A stretch of DNA of 64,000 nucleotides, taken from assembly GCA_009840135.1 (NCBI GenBank), contig VXOH01000036.1, forward strand, positions 1,720 through 65,719, read 5' to 3'. The notes under the pieces are model-generated. The model had not been told where the DNA came from. It made no database searches and saw only the letters and a program-made list of their open reading frames with translations. Origin of the DNA: Chloroflexota bacterium (GTDB lineage Bacteria; Chloroflexota; Dehalococcoidia; Lucifugimonadales; UBA3495). Numbering within the stretch: the first letter of the stretch is position 1; the number at the start of each line of letters is the position of its first letter. The position numbers were made by a program, and so were the translations under genes. This document shows, piece after piece, positions 45,283 to 53,374 of the stretch.

Positions 45283-45360
45283 GTTCGGGATTTTCCTGAT
45301 CCCTTGTTCAGTTCATTAACGGCAGGGTGCCAGAGGTACGAAACCGGGTGAACATCTGAA

Positions 45361-46503
45361 ATGGTTGAAAGCCAAACCAATTTGACAGCCGCGGCGCCGC
45401 CCAATGCGGAGCCGGTGGAAATGCTCCTCAACATGGGGCCCCAGCATCCTTCAACCCACGGGGTGTTCCGGATGGTCCTATGGGTTGATGGCGAAAAAAT
45501 TGTGGACGTTGAGCCCCATATTGGTTACCTGCACCGGGGTTCGGAGAAACTTTGTGAAGGAGAGCAATACCACCAGGTCATTACTCTCTTTGACCGACTC
45601 GACTATGTAGCCAACTTCAACAATGAGCTGGTCTATTGCCAGGCCGTCGAAAAGCTGATGGGTCTGGATGTGCCCGAACGGGCCGAATACATTCGCGTCA
45701 TCCTGTGCGAACTCAACCGAATTGCCAGCCACCTCCTGTATGTCGGCACCATCGGCCTGGATGCCGGCGCCATGACCCCCACCATGTTCGCTTTTCGGGG
45801 ACGTGAGCGCATACAGGCCCTCTTTGAAGCAGTTTCGGGCGCCCGCATGATGCACAACTATTTTCGAATCGGGGGCGTCAAGGAAGACCTGCCCGGAAAC
45901 TTCGAACAAATGATGGGCGAGCTGCTGCCGTTGTTGCGGGAGGATGTGGAAGAGAGTGACCGCATCCTTACCTTTAACGAGATTTTTCTCTCCCGCCTCA
46001 AGGATGTTGGGACAATCTCCGCCGAAGACGCGGTGGATTTCGGGTTTACCGGTCCGTGCTTGCGGGGCTGCGGCATCGAGTACGATGTACGCCGGGCCCA
46101 GCCTTACTCCATTTATGACCGGTTTGACTTTGATATTCCGGTGGGCCTGGACGGGGATTGCTGGGACCGCCATTGGGTTCGCGTCCAGGAGATGTACGAG
46201 TCACTGAAGATTGTTGACCAGGCCCTGGAACAGATGCCTGCCGGAGAGGTAGTGTCGTCCCTGGGGCGTCGCCTGATTCGGCCTCCCGCCGGAGAAGTTT
46301 ACGTGCGGGCGGAGAACCCCAGGGGTGAGATTGGGGTACATCTGATCAGTAACGGCACAGACCGACCCTACCGACTCAAGATCCGTCCTCCTTCCTTTTG
46401 CAATCTCTCTGCCATCAAGCACCTGTTAAGAAATTCATGGATCGCAGACTCAGTGGTGATTCTGGGCTCCCTTGATATAGTCCTTGGGGAGGTGGACCGC
46501 TGA
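45361..46503 (+). CDS. nuoD: NADH-quinone oxidoreductase subunit D
   Basis: 380 aa. NMGPQHPSTHGV.R, IGYLHRG.EKL and DIVLGEVDR. Confidence 0.95.
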   Translation: MVESQTNLTAAAPPNAEPVEMLLNMGPQHPSTHGVFRMVLWVDGEKIVDVEPHIGYLHRGSEKLCEGEQYHQVITLFDRLDYVANFNNELVYCQAVEKLMGLDVPERAEYIRVILCELNRIASHLLYVGTIGLDAGAMTPTMFAFRGRERIQALFEAVSGARMMHNYFRIGGVKEDLPGNFEQMMGELLPLLREDVEESDRILTFNEIFLSRLKDVGTISAEDAVDFGFTGPCLRGCGIEYDVRRAQPYSIYDRFDFDIPVGLDGDCWDRHWVRVQEMYESLKIVDQALEQMPAGEVVSSLGRRLIRPPAGEVYVRAENPRGEIGVHLISNGTDRPYRLKIRPPSFCNLSAIKHLLRNSWIADSVVILGSLDIVLGEVDR

Positions 46504-47702
46504 TGGTCGTTTCCCTTCCCCTGATGAGTGTTACTGTTCTGCAGGTTCTGTGGATGGTGGTGGCGTTACTTTTGATGTTCACCGGGCTGTCGGTGGTGGT
46601 CCTGTCGCTGGTTTGGCTGGAGCGCAAAGCGCTGGGCAGGCTGCAGTTGAGGCTGGGCCCCACCCGCACCGGTCCCATGGGTCTGATGCAACCCATAGCG
46701 GATGCGGTAAAGCTCATCCTCAAAGAGGACATCATCCCCAACTCCTCGGACCGAGCCATTTTTTGGGCCGCTCCGGTTATAGTCGTTCTTTCTGCATTCA
46801 TGATCTGGGTGACAATCCCGGCTTCCGAGGGTCTCGTTCTGCGAAACCTGGAGTTGGGGCTTCTTTACATCACGGCCTTTGCCGTCATGGGAATTCTTGG
46901 CCTGGTGCTGGCCGGTTGGGGCTCGGCCAACAAGTATGGTGTTTTGGGTGGCCTCAGGTCGGCAGCCCAGTTAATCAGCTATGAAATACCCGTAATCATG
47001 GTTGTCGTTGCGGCGGGAATGCTGGCCGGGTCGCTGGATTTGCGGGTTATCGTTGCCAGCCAGGACCAGATACCCTATGCGTTGATTCTTCCCCTGGGGA
47101 TGGTGGTATTTTTCATCGCCGGGCTGGCCGAAGTGGGCCGGACCCCCTTTGACATTTACCATGCCGAGTCGGAAGTTGTGGGTGGGCCTTTCGTGGAGTA
47201 CAGCGGGGCTCACTGGTCGGTTTTCTTTCTTGCGGAGTACATTAACACCTTTGCCATCGCTGCCCTGGTAGCTCTCTTGTTCCTGGGCGGCTGGTCTTGG
47301 CCCTGGGACACGGTGGCCCTGGCCTGGCTGCCTTCCTTGCCGGCGTGGCCCTGGTTGGGACCGCTGTTGAGCGTTGTCTGGTTCCTGTTCAAGGTCTATG
47401 CGGTGATTCTGGTGGTATTCTGGATTCGCGGCACTTTCCCCAGGTTGCGCATTGATCAGTTGATGGCGTTCGCCTGGAAGGCCATGGTTCCCCTGTCTTT
47501 CTACTCAATAGTGATTACGGCGGTTTACCTGTATTACGATTGGCCAGGCTGGACCCTCACCCTGATGTCTCTGGCTGGTCTCGGGATTGTGGGTTACATT
47601 GTTTATCGAAGGATGACGGCTCCGGCGCGCCGGGTGGCCGAAGTCAAGGCCCGGCAGGCGGCTCAGTTGGCTGAGCGGCGCGCCTCTAGCCAGGCCGGTT
47701 AG
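46503..47702 (+). CDS. nuoH: NADH-quinone oxidoreductase subunit H
   Basis: 399 aa. TGATG overlap with nuoD. ERKALGRLQLRLGP...GP.GL.QP.AD..KL and PFD..EAESE. Confidence 0.95.
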   Translation: MVVSLPLMSVTVLQVLWMVVALLLMFTGLSVVVLSLVWLERKALGRLQLRLGPTRTGPMGLMQPIADAVKLILKEDIIPNSSDRAIFWAAPVIVVLSAFMIWVTIPASEGLVLRNLELGLLYITAFAVMGILGLVLAGWGSANKYGVLGGLRSAAQLISYEIPVIMVVVAAGMLAGSLDLRVIVASQDQIPYALILPLGMVVFFIAGLAEVGRTPFDIYHAESEVVGGPFVEYSGAHWSVFFLAEYINTFAIAALVALLFLGGWSWPWDTVALAWLPSLPAWPWLGPLLSVVWFLFKVYAVILVVFWIRGTFPRLRIDQLMAFAWKAMVPLSFYSIVITAVYLYYDWPGWTLTLMSLAGLGIVGYIVYRRMTAPARRVAEVKARQAAQLAERRASSQAG

Positions 47703-47725
47703 CCGGTACCGGGGGAAAATGAGCG

Positions 47726-48298
47726 ATGCTGAACAGCGTTAAGGGGATGATGTTAACCCTGGCTTCCACGTTTACGGGACTGCGGAAGCCCGTTACCCGG
47801 CAGTATCCGACCGTGCCCACGCCGGTACAGCCCAGGTTTATGGGTTTTCCGGCCCTGACCTGGGACGATGGCGTGGGTGAGCCCTACTGCACCGGTTGCA
47901 TGGTATGCATCCGCAATTGCCCCACCCAATGCATGTCCGCCAGCATGATGGACAACCCTCTTAACGAGGAGGGCAAGAGTTCACGCCGCAAGATAGTGGA
48001 CTACTTCGAAATTAACCTTAATAGGTGTATACTCTGCGGGATTTGCGTGGAGGTGTGCAATTTCGACGCCATCGTGATGAGCCACGAGCATGAAATGAGC
48101 ACTTATCAGCGCAACGGCGACCGGGTGGACTTGCCGGCCCTATTGGACATCGGTAAGAAGTACCAGGTCAACACGGCATGGATTCCGCCCACGGTTTTGG
48201 CCAAGGCCAAGAAGGAGGCGGAAGACGCAGCCAAAGCCGCCGCCGCGGCCGAAGCATCCTCGGGTGAAACGGCGGCAGCCGGCCAGGAAGCTACCTGA
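47726..48298 (+). CDS. nuoI: NADH-quinone oxidoreductase subunit I (2x[4Fe-4S]) with an Ala/Glu-rich C-terminal tail
   Basis: 190 aa. CTGCMVCIRNCP and CILCGICVEVCNFDAI. Ends with TGA. Confidence 0.9.
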   Translation: MLNSVKGMMLTLASTFTGLRKPVTRQYPTVPTPVQPRFMGFPALTWDDGVGEPYCTGCMVCIRNCPTQCMSASMMDNPLNEEGKSSRRKIVDYFEINLNRCILCGICVEVCNFDAIVMSHEHEMSTYQRNGDRVDLPALLDIGKKYQVNTAWIPPTVLAKAKKEAEDAAKAAAAAEASSGETAAAGQEAT

Positions 48299-48670
48299 GG
48301 GCTGGAATCCAGCCGGAATTCTCATCAAGTTGGAACGAAACGAACCCAGGGGATTCCACCATTCCCAAGAGAGAAGACGAACGTAATTTAAGACTTTCCG
48401 GCAAACATCCGGCATATTGCACCTGCCAGAATTGCACTGACACTTTTCTGAAGAAGCGAAAGATCAAACCAGGCCGAAGGAGTTCATCCACATCCGCCGG
48501 CACCCCTGAAAGGGTGAAGGTCCATCCGTCCAATTGCCAGTGCGCTACCTGCAAGCTATTGGCATCGGTAGGAGATCTTCCTCCCTTGCCCAGGGGGAAG
48601 CCCGGATGGTTATTCGGGAAGGGGTCCAAATAGGTCATTAACATTGGTTTGACGGTTGATTCGGAAGTCC

Positions 48671-48742
48671 GTTCGTGGTGAGCTTGTCGAACCATGAATC
48701 GTCCGCCTCAGGCGGATTCGACAAGCTCAGGGTGAGCGGAAC
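48671..48742. repeat. Nested palindromic REP/MITE-like element inside the nuoI-nuoJ spacer
   Basis: A perfect 12-bp inverted repeat, GAGCTTGTCGAA (48680-48691) / TTCGACAAGCTC (48717-48728), encloses the inner hairpin TCCGCC-TCA-GGCGGA (48702-48716). It is flanked by GGTGAGC direct repeats (48677-48683 and 48731-48737). Confidence 0.6.
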
Positions 48743-48910
48743 ATAACCCTACACTTTAACGTTGCTGGACTACCGGGCTAAATCGGAGAAGGGCGTTATA
48801 AGCGCATCTATGCAAAGCTATTATTGTTGGTCAGGTTTTTCATGCCGTGCCTTGGCGGTCCGCCTGGCACATAAGGCGCTTTCGGAAACCCCTGAAGAGG
48901 TTTACCGATA

Positions 48911-49399
48911 GTGTCCTGGTTCCTGTTCATAGTCCTTTCCATTCTCACCCTGGGTGGTGGACTGGGAGTGGTGGTTACCCGGAACGTGGTACATGCCGCT
49001 CTCTTTCTCCTGGTTTCCCTCGTTGCAGTAGCTGGTCTGTACTTGATACTTTTCGCCGAGTTTCTGGCGCTGGTCCAGGTGCTGATCTATGGCGGCGCCA
49101 TCATCATAGTGCTACTGTTCGCCATAATGCTGACCCGCAGCGCCGAATATCCCCGGATTTCTGACAACAGGCAATGGCCCCTGGCAGCGGTGGCGGCGGC
49201 AGCGGTGGGTGTCGTTTTGGGCGCGGCCTTCCTGGATAACAGCTTGCCCCAGACCGAGCCCAACAGCCCCACCTTTGGCGACCTGGCCAATTCCCTGTTC
49301 ACGACCTGGGCCATTCCATTTGAAGTAGCCTCTCTGGTTCTGCTGGTAGCGCTCATCGGGGCCATAATCATCGCCCGCACCGGGGAGGACAACCGCTGA
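48911..49399 (+). CDS. nuoJ: NADH-quinone oxidoreductase subunit J
   Basis: 162 aa, GTG start. VVTRNVVHAALFLL and VQVLIYGGAI. Confidence 0.9.
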   Translation: MSWFLFIVLSILTLGGGLGVVVTRNVVHAALFLLVSLVAVAGLYLILFAEFLALVQVLIYGGAIIIVLLFAIMLTRSAEYPRISDNRQWPLAAVAAAAVGVVLGAAFLDNSLPQTEPNSPTFGDLANSLFTTWAIPFEVASLVLLVALIGAIIIARTGEDNR

Positions 49400-49401
49400 T
49401 C

Positions 49402-49722
49402 ATGGTTCCCTTGGAAGCATTCCAGGTGCTGAGCGCCGTGCTCTTCGCGATTGGCTTGTACGGAGTCATGGCCCGTCGCAGCGCTGTTCTTATCGTTATG
49501 TCCATCGAGTTGATGTTGAACGCCGTCAATATTAATTTGATTGCCGCGGCTTCCCACCTGGATGGCATGGGGAATTGGGCGAACTTCGATGGCCAGATAA
49601 TTGCGATTTTCATCATTACCGTGGCGGCGGCGGAGGTGGGGCTGGCCATGGCAATAATTCTGCGCATGTACCGCAATCGCGCCACCGTCAACGTGGACGA
49701 AATCAACCTGATGAAATGGTGA
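49402..49722 (+). CDS. nuoK: NADH-quinone oxidoreductase subunit K
   Basis: 106 aa. MSIELMLNAVN and AAAEVGLAMAI. Confidence 0.92.
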   Translation: MVPLEAFQVLSAVLFAIGLYGVMARRSAVLIVMSIELMLNAVNINLIAAASHLDGMGNWANFDGQIIAIFIITVAAAEVGLAMAIILRMYRNRATVNVDEINLMKW

Positions 49723-49797
49723 GGATCGAGGGCGTGATAGCACTTATCATCCTTATATTTTTGACGATGACCACCGGAACAGGAGGCCGTCCTTAGC

Positions 49798-51741
49798 ATG
49801 GAGTGGGCCTGGCTTATTCCGGTACTCAGCTTTGCGGCTGTTCCTGTCATCATTGTTCTGGGAAGATTCCTTACAGGAAAGGTGTCACACCGGTCGGCTG
49901 CCGCCCTGGCGATTGCCGCCATCCTGGGCGGATTTATTGTCTTCTGGTTCGTATTTGCGGGCTTCCTTGCGGCCGATACCGACACCCCGGGGTGCGAAAC
50001 CGGTGTAGGCACCGAGGCGCTGACCTGCAATTACAAGCTGACCTGGTTTGAAGCCGGTATTCCGGACGCTCTAACTGACAGTTTCGACCGTATCCACCTG
50101 GAATGGGGAATCCTCGTTGACCCCCTGACCATCGCCATGCTTGGCCTGGCAACTTTTGTGGCCTTGATGGTGCAGATCTACTCCCTTGGATACATGCATG
50201 GAGACCCGCGGCTGGACTGGTACTACGCCTTTCACGCTCTTTTCATTGCCTCCATGCTTACCCTGGTACTGGCCGATAACTTCCTGCTCCTTTACATTGC
50301 CTGGGAACTGGTGGGCCTATGCTCTTACCTGCTCATCGGATTCTGGCACGAACGTCCCGAACCCCGGGAAGCGGCCAAGAAGGCCTTTATTGTGACTCGA
50401 ATCGGGGATGTGGGCCTGCTCGTCGGCATTCTGCTTTTGTGGAGCCACGTGGGCAGCTTCAGTATGCTGGAAACCTTTGCAGCAATTGAAGCTGGGGAGT
50501 TGAGCGAAGGGGTGGTGACAATCTCAGCCTTGCTCCTGTTCCTGGGGGCCATGGGAAAGTCGGCCCAGTTCCCCTTTCACGTTTGGCTGCCCGACGCCAT
50601 GGAAGGGCCAACCCCGGTAAGCGCCCTGATTCACGCCGCCACCATGGTGGCCGCCGGCGTTTACCTGGTGGCGCGGGCCTTCCCGATTTTCAGCGAATCG
50701 CAGACTGCACTGTACATAGTTGCCAGTATCGGCCTTATTACTGCGCTGGGCGCCGCCACTATTGCCCTGGTAGCGACGGACCTTAAACGGATACTGGCCT
50801 ATTCCACCATCAGCCACCTGGGCCTCATGATGCTGTCCCTGGGGGCCCTGGGCTATACCGCCGCTATTTTCCACCTGTTAGCCCATGGATTCGCCAAGGC
50901 GCTCCTGTTCCTTGGAGCGGGCAGCGTGATGCACAGCACCGAAGAGTTGGACGTTCGGAAAATGGGCGGCCTGCGCAAGGTTATGCCCATCACTGCCATC
51001 CTGTTTTCCATTGGAGCTTTGTCCCTGGGCGGTATTCCCATTCTGGCGGGGTTCTGGAGCAAGGACGAGATTCTCATTGCGGTCAACAAGGAACTGCCGC
51101 TGATTTTCATTGTCTTGACTTTGTTGACGGCCCTGCTCAGCGCCCTGTACATGGCCAGGGCTATGTTTGTGGTGTTTTACGGAAAGTTTGCCGAGCAATT
51201 CGAGCACGTTCACGATGCCCCGAAGACCATGTCCATCACCATGGGACTGCTGGCCATTTTTGCCATAGTGTTCGGCCTGGTGGCCCTGGATCTGCCCGGC
51301 CCCTTCAAGGGCATCGGCTATTTCATTTTCTATCACGAGGGCCACGGTCTCGAGTTTGTTATCTGGCTCGCGGCCTTGTCCATTGTGCTGGCTATCGCTG
51401 CATTCATTTACGGCTACATGGCCTACGCCCGTAAGAGCGTGAACCTGGAGGGAGCGCGCCAGAGGTTTGCCTTGCCTCTCAAGGTAGCCGAGGGCAAGTA
51501 CTACATTGATGAGCTTTACCAGTGGAGTATTGACCGGGTGGTGCTGTCCTTCTCCCGGTTTATTGCCTGGATTGACCGGGCGCTGGTAAACGACGTGGGA
51601 ATTAATGGTCCGGCGGACGTTACCCGACTCCTTGGGCACGGCCTTCGCCGGCACGTTACGGGGTATGTGTACAGCTATGCGCTGGCCATGGCCCTTGGTC
51701 TAATTGGATTGGCAATCTTGTGGTGGATAGTCTCCACCTGA
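49798..51741 (+). CDS. nuoL: NADH-quinone oxidoreductase subunit L
   Basis: 647 aa. WELVGLCSYLLIGFW, GKSAQFPFHVWLPDAMEGPTPVSALIHAATMV. Confidence 0.95.
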   Translation: MEWAWLIPVLSFAAVPVIIVLGRFLTGKVSHRSAAALAIAAILGGFIVFWFVFAGFLAADTDTPGCETGVGTEALTCNYKLTWFEAGIPDALTDSFDRIHLEWGILVDPLTIAMLGLATFVALMVQIYSLGYMHGDPRLDWYYAFHALFIASMLTLVLADNFLLLYIAWELVGLCSYLLIGFWHERPEPREAAKKAFIVTRIGDVGLLVGILLLWSHVGSFSMLETFAAIEAGELSEGVVTISALLLFLGAMGKSAQFPFHVWLPDAMEGPTPVSALIHAATMVAAGVYLVARAFPIFSESQTALYIVASIGLITALGAATIALVATDLKRILAYSTISHLGLMMLSLGALGYTAAIFHLLAHGFAKALLFLGAGSVMHSTEELDVRKMGGLRKVMPITAILFSIGALSLGGIPILAGFWSKDEILIAVNKELPLIFIVLTLLTALLSALYMARAMFVVFYGKFAEQFEHVHDAPKTMSITMGLLAIFAIVFGLVALDLPGPFKGIGYFIFYHEGHGLEFVIWLAALSIVLAIAAFIYGYMAYARKSVNLEGARQRFALPLKVAEGKYYIDELYQWSIDRVVLSFSRFIAWIDRALVNDVGINGPADVTRLLGHGLRRHVTGYVYSYALAMALGLIGLAILWWIVST

Positions 51742-51761
51742 ACGGAATCTTAGTTTAGTTA

Positions 51762-53357
51762 ATGAGTAATCTGGACCAAGTCGCATTGTTGCTGATAATC
51801 CTGGTGCCACTGGCTGGCGCCGGGTTGTCCATGCTGCTCCCCAGGAACAGGCCGGAAGACGCCTGGTACTTTGCCATATTCGTCTCCGCCATAACCCTGG
51901 TCCTCTCGGTGCTGCTTTTCGTCCGGTACGATTTCGAAGCTGGCGGCTACCAGTTCGTCCGGGTCTATGAGTGGCTGGACGCCCCCTTGAACATAGACCT
52001 CTACCTGGCGATGGACGGAATCGCCGCCCCGCTGGTCTTGCTCAACGGCATCGTTCTTTTCGGCGCCGTCCTGATTTCACAGACCATAAAGCACCGGTCC
52101 AGGGACTTCTTTGTCCTCTTGCTGGCGCTGGGTTCCGGCGTGTTCGGCGTCTTCGTGGTACAGGACCTCTTTTTCCTCTTCTTTTTCTACGAACTGGCGG
52201 TGCTGCCCATGTACCTGCTTATCGGAGTCTGGGGAAGCAGCACCTACTTCGATAGCGACCGGCAGAGACTGTGGGGGCTGCCCATCCGGTTTGACCTGGG
52301 CTCCTACAACCGCCTCAAAGAATACGGGGCCATGAAATTGATGCTGGTGCTGGTGGCCGGCAGCGTGCTGATCTGGGTCGGCATTCTTGCCATGTACGTT
52401 GCCTCCGGGCAGGTGGCCGAAGCCACCTTCTCCCTGGTGGATCTGGGGGCTCTTTCCAGCGCAGGGGAATTCAGTCCCGCTTTCCAGACATGGGTATTCC
52501 CCCTGTTTATGATCGGATTCGGCGTGTTGGCCGGTCTCTGGCCCTTCCATACCTGGTCGCCGGACGGCCACGTGGCGGCGCCCACCGGCGTAAGTATGCT
52601 TCACGCCGGCGTGCTGATGAAACTGGGCGCTTTCGGCATCATCCGGGTGGGTATGGTACTTTTGCCGGAGGGGGCGCAGGACCCGCTGTTCTACGCCGGT
52701 GATTTCGGCGTCAGCTGGATGGCGATCCTGATTATTATGGGAACCGTCAACGTGGTTTACGGCGCCATTTCAGCCATGTCCCAGCGGGACCTGAAGTACA
52801 TAATCGGCTATTCCAGCGTCAGCCACATGGGCTACGTGATTATGGGAATCGCTACCCTGCACCCGGTGGGCTTGACCGGAGCGGTCCTTCAGATGTTCTC
52901 CCACGGCATAATGACCGCCCTCATGTTCGCCATGGTGGGCGCCATTTACGAACGCACTCACATCCGTGACATAACGGTTTTGAACGGCCTTATGAAGCGA
53001 ATGGGCTTTGCCAGTTTCTTCTTCGCCATTGCCGGCCTGGCCTCCCTGGGTTTGCCGGGTCTCAGCGGCTTCGTGGCCGAGTTTATGGTGTTTACCGGGG
53101 CTTTCAAGACTTACCTGCCGCTGGCCGTGCTGGCGGTGGTTGGGGCAGCCCTGACGGCAATATACATTTTGCGACTGCTGGCCCGCACCTTCTTCGGAGA
53201 AGCGGACCCGCGCTGGGAACACTTGACCGATGCCAGCCCCGTAGAGAAGACGGTAGGTGGCGCCTTCGTGCTTATCCTGCTCTTCGTGGGCGTCTGGCCG
53301 GCGCCCTTTACCCGCGTGATTAACGTGGGCGTCGAATCGGTGCTGCAACTATTCTAG
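51762..53357 (+). CDS. nuoM: NADH-quinone oxidoreductase subunit M
   Basis: 531 aa. FFFYELAVLPMYLLIG.WG, WPFHTWSPDGHVAAPT and YSSVSHMG. Confidence 0.95.
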   Translation: MSNLDQVALLLIILVPLAGAGLSMLLPRNRPEDAWYFAIFVSAITLVLSVLLFVRYDFEAGGYQFVRVYEWLDAPLNIDLYLAMDGIAAPLVLLNGIVLFGAVLISQTIKHRSRDFFVLLLALGSGVFGVFVVQDLFFLFFFYELAVLPMYLLIGVWGSSTYFDSDRQRLWGLPIRFDLGSYNRLKEYGAMKLMLVLVAGSVLIWVGILAMYVASGQVAEATFSLVDLGALSSAGEFSPAFQTWVFPLFMIGFGVLAGLWPFHTWSPDGHVAAPTGVSMLHAGVLMKLGAFGIIRVGMVLLPEGAQDPLFYAGDFGVSWMAILIIMGTVNVVYGAISAMSQRDLKYIIGYSSVSHMGYVIMGIATLHPVGLTGAVLQMFSHGIMTALMFAMVGAIYERTHIRDITVLNGLMKRMGFASFFFAIAGLASLGLPGLSGFVAEFMVFTGAFKTYLPLAVLAVVGAALTAIYILRLLARTFFGEADPRWEHLTDASPVEKTVGGAFVLILLFVGVWPAPFTRVINVGVESVLQLF

Positions 53358-53374
53358 GTTAACGACTGAACACA

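Noticed and set aside
44699-45360. A HicA-type toxin partner for the HicB-like pair
   Set aside because: No ORF of 50-70 aa with a HicA-like pattern exists in the 66-nt or 78-nt flanking spacers, or on the opposite strand. The pair is therefore not called a toxin-antitoxin module.
48296-48390. Readthrough or selenocysteine at the nuoI TGA stop
   Set aside because: The downstream in-frame sequence (GLESSRNSHQVGTKRTQGIPPFPREKTNVI*) has no homology logic. The TGA follows a low-complexity tail, not a Cys-equivalent site, and I saw no hairpin.
48291-48695. 134-aa minus-strand ORF in the nuoI-nuoJ spacer
   Set aside because: It starts (MVRQAHHER) inside the palindromic repeat arm. It has no SD and no family resemblance, and it runs antisense within a plus-strand operon. 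It is most likely an artefact of the repeat.
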